This document shows positions 1-9,399 of a stretch of 64,000 nt of DNA, piece after piece. Below the pieces are notes generated by a model, which was given only the letters and a program-made list of their open reading frames with translations, was not told the origin of the DNA and searched no databases. The first letter of the stretch is position 1; every line of letters begins with the position of its first letter. Source of the stretch: Arcicella sp. (GTDB lineage: Bacteria; Bacteroidota; Bacteroidia; Cytophagales; Spirosomataceae); the NCBI GenBank assembly GCA_034519515.1, contig JAXHOK010000068.1:219421-283420 (forward strand). The letters are read 5' to 3'. A program made the position numbers and the translations under genes.

Positions 1-279
1 AAATGTAAGAGTTGACGTATAAATCAAAGAAGCAACAATGACGAAAATAATCGGCTTTACGAGTCTGTTTCTATCATCGTGGATAAATGATTTTACGCTT
101 TGTCCTGGTCTGATTAGGAGTTCTTTGATGGTGTAGAAAATGCCCTTTTCAAAGTGAATCAAGTGTTCAATTTCGTGTTTGACATAATGCCCATCAATGC
201 GTTTGAGGGTTGCCGCTTGTCCGCAATTAGAGCAAAATTTTCCATCAATTGGGTGATTGCAGTGTTTGCAATTGGTCAT
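1..279 (-). CDS. DUF3667-like membrane protein with N-terminal zinc ribbon (partial, runs off window start)
   Basis: Translated by hand from ATG at 279: MTNCKHCNHPIDGKFCSNCGQ...HFEKGIFYTIKELLIRPG...RNRLVKPIIF; CxxC...CxxCGQ plus LLxRPG motif. Confidence 0.75.
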   Translation of the reverse strand, partial: MTNCKHCNHPIDGKFCSNCGQAATLKRIDGHYVKHEIEHLIHFEKGIFYTIKELLIRPGQSVKSFIHDDRNRLVKPIIFVIVASLIYTSTLTF

Positions 280-325
280 TTTGGGGTTTTGGTTTTGATT
301 TCTGAAAAGAGGAAGACATTTTAAC

Positions 326-829
326 CTAAGAAATCCAGTCAAATAGTTGAGTTGCTCTATCTTTTGTCAAAACAACAAATGTATTTACATTAAATAGTTT
401 TGCATAAGCGTTAAATCTTGATTTATAGTCTGTGTTTACAGTTGAAATAAAGACTTTGTCGGCATCATTACAATTGACGATAGATAATAGTTTTATTTTA
501 GTTTCACCGCTAATTGAAAATGGAATACAAGCCTGAATTGATGCTGAATAGGGTTTTTGTAGTAAAATAGACATAATCATTGAAACGCTATCAACAGATT
601 TTTTTACCAAATCCCAAATACGTTTATCTGAATATTCCCTATTAGTTAAGTTGGCAACACTCCAATCTTTTAATTCAATGAGGTATAGAGTATCATTATT
701 TACATCGTACCAACAAGCATCCATCTCTTTGAAGTGATTTTGAATATCTTTGTAGCCCTGACAATCTTGAAATCTAAAATAGTTATTATCGGGAAAATTT
801 AGTGTGATCAGACTTTCTGTGATTGGCAT
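326..829 (-). CDS. hypothetical protein, putative PD-(D/E)xK-type nuclease partner of the upstream ATPase
   Basis: 167 aa; EMDAC...LYLIELKD has D...ExK spacing; starts 2 bp after the ATPase stop. Confidence 0.5.
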   Translation of the reverse strand: MPITESLITLNFPDNNYFRFQDCQGYKDIQNHFKEMDACWYDVNNDTLYLIELKDWSVANLTNREYSDKRIWDLVKKSVDSVSMIMSILLQKPYSASIQACIPFSISGETKIKLLSIVNCNDADKVFISTVNTDYKSRFNAYAKLFNVNTFVVLTKDRATQLFDWIS

Positions 830-831
830 AA

Positions 832-1911
832 TTAATTATTATTAAAGTCTATTTCGATTTCTTGATCATACATTTTTAAGGATTCATCTACGATTGAATT
901 TGAGGGCAAAACCCCGTCAATTAAATCATGAAAAGAATTGGTTAAAGACTTTCCAATTTCTTTTTCTAAATTCCAGCACTTGATTTGTAATTTATCTCTT
1001 TTTGCACAAATAGCCATCTGCTTAATCACAAAATAACTATGCGATGCAATAAAAATTTGCACTCCTGCCTTACTAATAGCTACCAACATTTCAACCATTT
1101 TTCTGATAGCATCTGGGTGTAACGCAGTCTCGGGTTCATCCATAAACAGAACCGTTCCCTTTCCTAATTGTCTGTTTGTGATTAACGTTGTGAGAATTCC
1201 TATTTTTTTAATTCCTTCCGCCGTTTGTTGCATTGAGAATTGCTGATTACCTTTTTTGAAAATAAAAGGTTGGTCTTGTAGCCCAGTTTGTTCTATTTTA
1301 CCTTCAAATAAGTCTTCTAAAGATTTATTCACAGAACTTAGTTCGGTTGAAACTCGTCCCTTCGTAGTTTCTAAACTTAATGCTTTTATCAAGTCCAAAT
1401 AAGTATCATCAAAACCTTTACCATAAAAATTATCTCTAATATTTCGTATGTCATTAAATGCTGTTAATACTTCCTTGGCGGGTACGAACAATGCGTTTAT
1501 TAGATTATCTGGGATGCTGTTTATCGGTTCGGAACAAGTGCTTATTGTTGATTCTGTGGTGCTGCCAAATGCAAAATAAATGTCTTGATTGTACTTACCA
1601 TTATTTCCAACTATATTGATATTTACATCTAATTTTTCTTTAATTCCTTTTTGTACTAAATCGCCTAAACCATTTTTACGAGGCATGAAAGTATCAGTAA
1701 GTTTATCGGCTAACTCTTTTTTGAATGAAACATCTCCCGATTTCTTTTTTAAACTGTATATTTCTAATGATTTAACAGTTGTATATAAAAGCTTCAACAA
1801 TCCTGTTTTACCAGTATCATTTTTCCCGATAATTATATTGATTGCAGGTATATTTTCGAGACTCAACTCAGAATGAGCCATAAAGTTTTTTATTGTAACC
1901 GATTTTATCAT
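832..1911 (-). CDS. ABC/AAA_21-family ATPase (defence/TA-associated type)
   Basis: Walker A GKNDTGKT, signature AEGIKK, Walker B LFMDEPE, H-loop SHS; start moved to ATG 1911 (MIKSVTIKNF). Confidence 0.85.
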   Translation of the reverse strand: MIKSVTIKNFMAHSELSLENIPAINIIIGKNDTGKTGLLKLLYTTVKSLEIYSLKKKSGDVSFKKELADKLTDTFMPRKNGLGDLVQKGIKEKLDVNINIVGNNGKYNQDIYFAFGSTTESTISTCSEPINSIPDNLINALFVPAKEVLTAFNDIRNIRDNFYGKGFDDTYLDLIKALSLETTKGRVSTELSSVNKSLEDLFEGKIEQTGLQDQPFIFKKGNQQFSMQQTAEGIKKIGILTTLITNRQLGKGTVLFMDEPETALHPDAIRKMVEMLVAISKAGVQIFIASHSYFVIKQMAICAKRDKLQIKCWNLEKEIGKSLTNSFHDLIDGVLPSNSIVDESLKMYDQEIEIDFNNN

Positions 1912-2026
1912 TTTATTAATCGTTAAAAGCAATTAATTCGTATTTATCAAAGTTAATTTAAAGTTGGGCTTAATTATGTGTTTTAGGTAATCAAATATTT
2001 TCTGCTTAATCTTTTAAGTCATTCCC

Positions 2027-3556
2027 TCATACCAAAACCTCCCGTCCCACCAACAAAATCTCCTCCACAAACTCCCGTGAATTACTCAGTCTTGGCACTT
2101 TATGCTGTCCACCCAATTTGCCACGGTTTCGCATCCATGTGAAGAAAGTTTCTTTGGGAACAACGTTCACTTTGGGAGCTTTCAGCACCATGTCTTTGTA
2201 ACGTTTGGCATCGTAATCTGAATTATTTTCTCGGAGGGTTTCGTCCAAAATTTTATTAAAAACCTTTTGATTATCAGGCTCTTGCGAAAATTCTATTAAC
2301 CATTCGTGGCAGCCTTGCTGGCGGTTATTCATATACACGGGGGCGGCAGTGTAGTCGGTCAGGATTGCCCCCGTTGCTTCGCAAGCACGGGTGATGGCTT
2401 GCTCGGCATTTTCGATGATGAGTTCTTCGCCAAAGGCATTGATGAAGTGTTTTGTTCGCCCCGAAATCTTGATTCGATATGGATATTTTGAGGTAAATTT
2501 TACGGTATCCCCAATTTTATAACGCCATAAACCCGCATTGGTCGAGATTATTACGGCGTAATTTTTATGCAATTCTACTTCATCCAAGGTCAAAGTTTTG
2601 GGCTTTTCGTTCTCAATTTCTTCCATCGGAACAAACTCATAGAAAATGCCGTAATCCAGCATCAACAGCATTTCGTCGGGACGATTGATGTCATCTTGTA
2701 CACCAAAAAATCCTTCGGAAGCATTATAAATTTCAAGATAATCCACTGATTTTGAAGGAAATATATTCGTTTGAAACATCTCCCGATAAGGCTGAAAAGC
2801 CACAGCCCCGTGAATAAAGAATTCAAAATTGGGCCAAACTTCCAAGATATTTTGCTTGCCCGTGATTTCCAAAATTTTCTCAATCAAAACCAACGTCCAA
2901 GTCGGAACACCCAAGATAGACGTTACATTTTCTTGAGAAGTTACTTCCGCCATTTTCTGGATTTTCTCTTCCCAAACATCCATCAAAGCCACATCCAAGG
3001 AAGGCGTGCGGATTAATTGAGCCCAGATTGGTAGATTTTTCATCACTACCGCCGATACATCGCCCATTAAAACTCTGGAATTGAGGTCATTAGACTGTAA
3101 ACTACCCCCGATAGAAAGCCCTTTACCCGAGAAAACCTCGGTGTTGGGTTTGTTATGCAAAACCAAGGTCATCATATCTTTGCCACCCATAAAATGACAG
3201 TCGTCAAGGGATTCTTTCGAGACAGGAATAAACTTGCTGCGGGCGTTGGTAGTGCCTGATGATTTGGAAAAAAATTGAATATCTGAGTGCCAAAGAATAT
3301 TTTGTTCGCCCCGCATCATGCGTTCGATGTGTGGGAAAAGGTCTTCGTAAGTAGAAATGGGAACACGCTCTTGAAAATCTTTGATGGAGATAATTGACTG
3401 ATAATGAAAGATTTGCCCCCATTCCGTAAACATTGCCGACTGGATTAATTGCCAAAACATTTGCTCCTGCGTTTCCATGGGTCGTTCCATAAACGACTGG
3501 ATTCGGGGCAAGCGTCTTTTCATTAACCAAGCAATAGTTTCGTTGAGGATAGCCAT
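2027..3556 (-). CDS. GH3 auxin-responsive promoter family acyl-adenylate/amido synthetase
   Basis: SKSSGTT, YNASEG, GLWRYKIGD and GGQHKVPRL motifs. Confidence 0.9.
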   Translation of the reverse strand: MAILNETIAWLMKRRLPRIQSFMERPMETQEQMFWQLIQSAMFTEWGQIFHYQSIISIKDFQERVPISTYEDLFPHIERMMRGEQNILWHSDIQFFSKSSGTTNARSKFIPVSKESLDDCHFMGGKDMMTLVLHNKPNTEVFSGKGLSIGGSLQSNDLNSRVLMGDVSAVVMKNLPIWAQLIRTPSLDVALMDVWEEKIQKMAEVTSQENVTSILGVPTWTLVLIEKILEITGKQNILEVWPNFEFFIHGAVAFQPYREMFQTNIFPSKSVDYLEIYNASEGFFGVQDDINRPDEMLLMLDYGIFYEFVPMEEIENEKPKTLTLDEVELHKNYAVIISTNAGLWRYKIGDTVKFTSKYPYRIKISGRTKHFINAFGEELIIENAEQAITRACEATGAILTDYTAAPVYMNNRQQGCHEWLIEFSQEPDNQKVFNKILDETLRENNSDYDAKRYKDMVLKAPKVNVVPKETFFTWMRNRGKLGGQHKVPRLSNSREFVEEILLVGREVLV

Positions 3557-3788
3557 AATTTTTTTTAGGTATTAGGTTTTGGGAGAAATCCCTGCATTAC
3601 AAACATAGGGGATTTTGTTGAATGTAGCAAGATGAATAAGTTGAATTGTGGTTAAAGAATTATGCTATTCTCTTATTTTCAATGCCCGATGGTTGAGAAA
3701 ATGGTAGAACAGTCTTTTCTTTCATTGGAATTGCAGGGCATTTATTCGGAGAAATATTGGGATAAGGTGAAGGAGTTGTGATGTCGGC

Positions 3789-4469
3789 TTATTTCCTAAG
3801 ATTTTTATTCAATTCCTCGACTAAAAGATAAACCGTTGTGCATGGATTTTGATGACAGTATTCTTTATCTGTATGAGATTTATGTAACCTTTCTGCGTTT
3901 CTGATAGCAAATGGTAATCTATCTAAAAACATAGGGTAGAGGCTTTTAGCAAAATCTTTCCCTTTTCCATCCTTTTCATAATTGAATCCTAATTTATCTG
4001 ATAGTTTACGGTAAATCTGCGTTCTGTGCATTTCTGTTTCTAAATATTCATCACGCAAGAGAAACCATAACTCAAAACAATCATTTGAGTAGGCACAATT
4101 TATGTTATTTTTACTTGCAAGATATATTGCATTGTTAAAGTCTTGATTATCTTGTCCTTGATTTTCATACCTAATATCTCTATCGAAAACCACCCATATT
4201 TTTAAGGTTTTATCGTCATTTTTACGTTTACGTTTAATTACATCCTTTACTAATGCTGTTCTTGACATTCCTAAACCAATAGCTTCAACTCTCGTATCGG
4301 TTCTAACTGGAAAAGATTTAAAATATTCTGGCTCAGTATTTTCACCTTCGCAATAAATCAAAAATGTCTCTTTTACCACAATGCTTCTTTCGGGTCTTCC
4401 TGCATTCTGCCTTTTACCCCAATCTGTATCTTTATCGGTCGGCTTCACATATGTTCTTCTCTTTCCCAT
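3789..4469 (-). CDS. RloB family (TOPRIM-like, AbiLii-like) protein
   Basis: LIYCEGENTEPEYF, VVFDRD, SNDCFELWFLL and NPCTTVYLLV motifs; abuts the upstream ATPase. Confidence 0.85.
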   Translation of the reverse strand: MGKRRTYVKPTDKDTDWGKRQNAGRPERSIVVKETFLIYCEGENTEPEYFKSFPVRTDTRVEAIGLGMSRTALVKDVIKRKRKNDDKTLKIWVVFDRDIRYENQGQDNQDFNNAIYLASKNNINCAYSNDCFELWFLLRDEYLETEMHRTQIYRKLSDKLGFNYEKDGKGKDFAKSLYPMFLDRLPFAIRNAERLHKSHTDKEYCHQNPCTTVYLLVEELNKNLRK

Positions 4470-5831
4470 TTATCCAAAAATACTGTTTAAAGGTTTTACA
4501 AATGGAATAGCACCGTATTTGCCTCTGATATAATCTTTTTCAAAAGAGGCATCATTTCTAATTCCCTTAATTTCAGCTAATGAGTAGATGGAAGTTTCAG
4601 CTTTTGAGTTTTTTTCAGTAAAATACAACTGGTCTCTTCTCAGTAAATCTTTATCTAAGAGATTAGTATCGTGTGTAATAAAGCATAATTGAGCAAATTT
4701 ATTCTTTTCTGAATTGAACATATTGATGATTGCTTTTGTAAGAAGGGTATGGAGCGTTGAACCAAACTCATCAATAATTATTGTACCTCCGTGATTGATA
4801 CACTCTAAGATTCTACCAGCATAGCTAAACAATTTTCTTGTTCCCTCCGAAGCATCATCATCAAAATTAGAAATATCAATACCTACTTTTTCCCCTTTTT
4901 CATTGAAAATATTTCTTTTTGAGGAAAGTAAATGATTAGGTTGAATTAAACCATCAATTCCATTATTTTGCATAATAATTCCAATTTTTTCAAAATCCAA
5001 TTGACTTATTAAAAATTGTTTCGCATCTTCTTCCGTTTTTGCATTTTTCAAGTCCTTCATATTTACGCCTAAACCTAATAAAAATTGCTCTTTAAGATCT
5101 ACATCGTCATTAAGTACAATATCCACCAATTCTTCATCGGCAACTTTTATAAATTGCAATAATTCAATTTTTGCTTTTTCGTCCCCCAGATATTGCATTG
5201 ACATATCTCTTAACATATTATCTTCAATTAGTTTATCAACCCCTTTAATGACCAAAATATCAGCAAGATATTCTAAAATAGAGGAGACTAATCCATCACT
5301 AAATTCATATACAACATTCAAAAATAAATTATTTTTCTTTGTCTTTTTATCTAAACCAACTCCTTCACCAAATCTTTCTTTGATGATACTGATATTTTTT
5401 TCTTCTCTTGTAAAATATTTTACTTCGTTTTTTTCCGCAGTTCCAAAAAGCCACTCAGATTTAATAATTCCTTTTTCATAAACAAATCCATAACGGTATG
5501 TTTTTTTATCAAGAATAAAAATAATTTGAAAGAAAGTGCCTTCATTTCTGGTGGCTGTATTGTATTTGAAAGGTTGAATTTGCTCCTGAAATTTATACTT
5601 TTCATCAAAAGGTGCTTTAATAAAACCCAACATTGCTCCAATGGCTTTTACTAAGTTACTTTTCCCGCTACTGTTAGCTCCATAAACACCAATAGATTTC
5701 AACAAACGAGTTTTCTCATTTGCTTGAAATACGTGAGTATCTTCATGTTCGTTCACGGCAGTAGCTAAAAAACTAAGGGTCTGCATTTCTTTGATGGAAC
5801 GAAAATTACTTACACTAAATTCTACTAACAT
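4470..5831 (-). CDS. RloA/AbiLi-like AAA_21 ATPase
   Basis: NFRSIKE, GANSSGKS, SEGTRK, IIDE, THD, LLRRDQ and YxxGKYGAIP motifs. Confidence 0.88.
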   Translation of the reverse strand: MLVEFSVSNFRSIKEMQTLSFLATAVNEHEDTHVFQANEKTRLLKSIGVYGANSSGKSNLVKAIGAMLGFIKAPFDEKYKFQEQIQPFKYNTATRNEGTFFQIIFILDKKTYRYGFVYEKGIIKSEWLFGTAEKNEVKYFTREEKNISIIKERFGEGVGLDKKTKKNNLFLNVVYEFSDGLVSSILEYLADILVIKGVDKLIEDNMLRDMSMQYLGDEKAKIELLQFIKVADEELVDIVLNDDVDLKEQFLLGLGVNMKDLKNAKTEEDAKQFLISQLDFEKIGIIMQNNGIDGLIQPNHLLSSKRNIFNEKGEKVGIDISNFDDDASEGTRKLFSYAGRILECINHGGTIIIDEFGSTLHTLLTKAIINMFNSEKNKFAQLCFITHDTNLLDKDLLRRDQLYFTEKNSKAETSIYSLAEIKGIRNDASFEKDYIRGKYGAIPFVKPLNSIFG

Positions 5832-5995
5832 TTTATTGAATTTTGAGTTTTTTTCACAAATATTACAATAATAACACCAAATTTTGAGAAATTATTTCAC
5901 GCCGTGTAAAAATTAATTTTTAGAGCAGCACTTTAATTACAAAATCTTATCTACCAGCTCCTAAAAAACTAACAAACTAAATCCTCCAAATTCCT

Positions 5996-6003
5996 TATCT
6001 TTG
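5996..6003 (+). promoter_or_regulatory. Bacteroidota sigma70 -7 box (TATCTTTG) for valS
   Basis: Exact TAnnTTTG 20 bp upstream of the valS ATG. Confidence 0.6.
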
Positions 6004-6023
6004 CAATCCAAAATTTCACAATT

Positions 6024-8699
6024 ATGATTTCAAAAACATACGCTCCACAAGAAATAGAAGCCAAATGGTATCAGTATTGGCTCGAAAATAAGCACTTCGC
6101 TTCCAAGCCTAATCCCGACAAAGAACCGTATTCCATCGTGATTCCGCCGCCTAATGTTACGGGCGTGTTGCACATGGGACACATGCTTAATAACACCATC
6201 CAAGACGTATTGATTCGCAAGGCACGCATGGAAGGCAAGGAGGCTTGTTGGGTCCCTGGCACTGACCATGCGTCTATCGCAACGGAGGCAAAAGTGGTGG
6301 CAATGTTGAAGGAAAGGGGTATCGAAAAAAAGGATATTTCTCGGGAAGAGTTTTTGAAATATGCTCACGAATGGAAAGATAAATACGGCGGAATTATCCT
6401 CGACCAATTGCAAAAATTGGGTGCTTCTTGCGATTGGGACAGAACCCGCTTCACAATGGAACCGTCTCTTTATGAGGCAGTTATAGATACTTTTGTTAGA
6501 CTTTATAACAAAAAACAAATCTACCGTGGCGTGAGAATGGTAAACTGGGACCCTCTCGGAAAAACGGCACTTTCGGATGAAGAAGTGATTGAAAAGGAAA
6601 TCATGGCGAAATTGTATTACATTAAATACGCTGTCAGCAATCAGCAATCGGCAATCAGCGAAGAAACCGCCGAAAGCCCAAAGCCGACTGCCGATAGCCA
6701 TTTAATCATCGCTACCACTCGCCCTGAAACCATCATGGCGGATTCTGCCATTTGTGTAAATCCGAATGATGAACGTTATTTACATCTTCATGGAAAGTCT
6801 GTTTTTATTCCATTATTGAACCGTGAAATTCCAGTAATTACGGATGAATACGTTACGATGGATTTTGGAACGGGGTGCTTGAAAGTAACCCCTGCTCACG
6901 ATTTGAACGATTATGAGTTGGGTATCAAGCACAAATTGCCCGTAATCGATATTTTGGATGATAACGGTTTCTTGAATGAAAAAGCCGTGTTGTATGTGGG
7001 GCAAGACCGTTTTGCGGCTCGCAGAAATATTGTGAAGGATTTGGAGGAATCGGGGCATTTGGTAAAAATGGAAGAATACAAATCCATCGTCAAAACTTCT
7101 GAGCGGACGGGTGCGGTGATTGAGCCAAAATTGTCTTTGCAGTGGTTCTTGAAAATGGACGAGATTTCTAAGCCCGCCTTGGAAAACGTGATGAACGATA
7201 ACATCAAATTATATCCTTCAAAATTCAAAAATACTTACCGTTCATGGATGGAAAACGTCCATGATTGGTGTATCAGTCGGCAGTTGTGGTGGGGGCAACA
7301 GATTCCAGCTTATTACTTGCAAGACGGTACGGTTATCGTAGCAAAAACTAAACGGGAAGCCCTCAGAAAAGCACAACACGATTTGCTTTTATTTGCCCTC
7401 ACCGAAGAGGATTTAAGCCAAGACCCTGACGTTCTGGATACTTGGTTTTCATCATGGCTTTGGCCCATTTCGGTTTTTGATGGTATTCAAAATCCTGAAA
7501 ATGAGGATATTAAATATTATTATCCAACCAATGATTTGGTAACTGGTCCCGATATTTTGTTTTTCTGGGTAGCTCGAATGATTATTGCGGGTTATGAATG
7601 GCGTGGGGAATTGCCTTTCAAAAATGTGTATTTGACGGGTATCGTTCGGGATAAGCAAGGACGTAAAATGTCAAAATCCTTGGGAAATTCGCCCGACCCT
7701 TTGGAGCTAATTGAACAGTACGGAGCCGATGGCGTTCGGTCGGGATTGTTGTTTTCTGCCCCTGCGGGAAATGACTTACTTTACGATGATAAATTGATTG
7801 AACAAGGACGTAATTTCTGTAATAAAATCTGGAATGCGTACCGTTTTACGGAGCAATTAGCCGTGAGCAGTGAACTTACTTCTACGAGTAATGCTTTGGG
7901 CGTTTCTTGGTTTAATACAAAAATGAACCAAACGATTGCTGAAATTCAAGACCATTTCTCAAAGTTCAGAATTTCGGATGCTTTGTTGGCTTTGTATAAT
8001 TTAGTTTGGGATGATTTCTGTTCAAAATACCTCGAAATCATCAAACCAGCCTATGAACAGCCGATTGACAAAGTTACCTACGATGCCACGATTGAGATTT
8101 TTGAAAAACTGATGAAATTGTTACATCCGTATATGCCATTTATTACCGAAGAAATTTGGCAAGCCTTGGGGACACGTGCGGAGGGTGAAAGTATTTGTCG
8201 GGCAGATTTCCCAATGGCAAAGGCAGTTGATACCAAGATTGTCGCAGATTTTGATATTGTGTTTGAACTGGTTTCTAAAATCAGAGAGACCCGCAATGCC
8301 AAACAGCTTTCACCAAAAATTGCTCTGCCTTTGGTTATCAAAACAGAAAATAAAGCCCTTTACGGTCAATTTGAGGAGATTATTCAAAAATTAGCCAATA
8401 CCGAAAGCATTACTTACACCAATGAAAAAGTTGAATCAGGAATCTCTTTTGTCATAAAATCGGATGAATTTTTCATTATTTTGGAAGGAGAAATTGATGT
8501 AGAAGCAGCATTAGAAACGGCTCAAAAAGATTTGGAATACAATTTGGGTTTCAAAAGAGCCACCGAAGGAAAACTTGCCAATGAACGTTTTGTGGCAAAT
8601 GCCAAACCCGAATTAGTGGAAAAAGAACGCCAAAAATTAGCCGATGCCGAAGCGAAGATAAAGGCTTTGGAGGAGATGATTTTGAGGTTGAAGGGATAA
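6024..8699 (+). CDS. valS: valine--tRNA ligase
   Basis: PPPNVTGVLHMGH, WCISRQLWWG, DTWFSS, KMSKS and C-terminal coiled coil. Confidence 0.98.
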   Translation: MISKTYAPQEIEAKWYQYWLENKHFASKPNPDKEPYSIVIPPPNVTGVLHMGHMLNNTIQDVLIRKARMEGKEACWVPGTDHASIATEAKVVAMLKERGIEKKDISREEFLKYAHEWKDKYGGIILDQLQKLGASCDWDRTRFTMEPSLYEAVIDTFVRLYNKKQIYRGVRMVNWDPLGKTALSDEEVIEKEIMAKLYYIKYAVSNQQSAISEETAESPKPTADSHLIIATTRPETIMADSAICVNPNDERYLHLHGKSVFIPLLNREIPVITDEYVTMDFGTGCLKVTPAHDLNDYELGIKHKLPVIDILDDNGFLNEKAVLYVGQDRFAARRNIVKDLEESGHLVKMEEYKSIVKTSERTGAVIEPKLSLQWFLKMDEISKPALENVMNDNIKLYPSKFKNTYRSWMENVHDWCISRQLWWGQQIPAYYLQDGTVIVAKTKREALRKAQHDLLLFALTEEDLSQDPDVLDTWFSSWLWPISVFDGIQNPENEDIKYYYPTNDLVTGPDILFFWVARMIIAGYEWRGELPFKNVYLTGIVRDKQGRKMSKSLGNSPDPLELIEQYGADGVRSGLLFSAPAGNDLLYDDKLIEQGRNFCNKIWNAYRFTEQLAVSSELTSTSNALGVSWFNTKMNQTIAEIQDHFSKFRISDALLALYNLVWDDFCSKYLEIIKPAYEQPIDKVTYDATIEIFEKLMKLLHPYMPFITEEIWQALGTRAEGESICRADFPMAKAVDTKIVADFDIVFELVSKIRETRNAKQLSPKIALPLVIKTENKALYGQFEEIIQKLANTESITYTNEKVESGISFVIKSDEFFIILEGEIDVEAALETAQKDLEYNLGFKRATEGKLANERFVANAKPELVEKERQKLADAEAKIKALEEMILRLKG

Positions 8700-8718
8700 T
8701 ATTAATCTAAACATCAAT

Positions 8719-9219
8719 ATGGACAAGCAAAAAATACAAGAACGCCAACAACAAATTATTGACCTTATTCAAGGTTTTTGTACTGAAAAACTGAATGACG
8801 AATACTTTGATTTATCCAAAAGAGTGATTCAAAAACTTGGACGTAAACGAAGCGTTCCGTTCATTACTGGGCAACCCGAAATATGGGCAGCCGCAGCTAT
8901 TCATGCCGTTGGAACTATTAACTTTTTGTTTGATAAAGGCTTTGAGCCTTACACTTCGATAGATGATATTAATAATTTTTTTGGAACAAAAAAGACCACA
9001 ACTGGCGGTAAGTCGAAGATTATCAGAGATTTACTAAAACTAAATAGGTACGATAAGGAATTTTCAACCAAAGACATGAGTGAAAATAATCCTTTCACAA
9101 GTTACGTGATGGTTGATGGGTATATTCTTCCTATGAGTAGTTTGCCAGAAGACTTGCAAATTGCTGTCAAAGAAGCAAGAGCTGCGGGGGGTGATATGTC
9201 ATTTACTACAAGAAAATAA
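8719..9219 (+). CDS. DUF6398-like hypothetical protein
   Basis: 166 aa; FCxxKLNDEY...KLGRKR...WAAAAIHAVGTINFLFD pattern recalled for this family. Confidence 0.6.
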   Translation: MDKQKIQERQQQIIDLIQGFCTEKLNDEYFDLSKRVIQKLGRKRSVPFITGQPEIWAAAAIHAVGTINFLFDKGFEPYTSIDDINNFFGTKKTTTGGKSKIIRDLLKLNRYDKEFSTKDMSENNPFTSYVMVDGYILPMSSLPEDLQIAVKEARAAGGDMSFTTRK

Positions 9220-9241
9220 GAAGTTGTTTTAAAATTTTATC

Positions 9242-9283
9242 AGTAATAGCCTCTAAATCAATCATTTAGAGGCTATTACTTTT
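9242..9283 (+). terminator. intrinsic terminator after valS/DUF6398-like gene
   Basis: AGTAATAGCCTCTAAAT / ATTTAGAGGCTATTACT inverted repeat followed by T run. Confidence 0.75.
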
Positions 9284-9366
9284 ACACATACTAAATATTT
9301 ATTTCTGTAATCAATTCAAAAAACGAAAACACTCAACAAAACCCCTTCCCCTCCCTTATTTTTTCG

Positions 9367-9374
9367 TAATTTTG
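9367..9374 (+). promoter_or_regulatory. -7 box (TAATTTTG) for pcrA
   Basis: TAnnTTTG 25 bp before the ATG. Confidence 0.5.
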
Positions 9375-9399
9375 AATCATAACAAGGATTAAAATAATT

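Noticed and set aside
6030-6701. Long antisense ORFs (also 17396-18136 and 57590-58069)
   Set aside because: Shadows of well-conserved genes on the other strand, with no motifs
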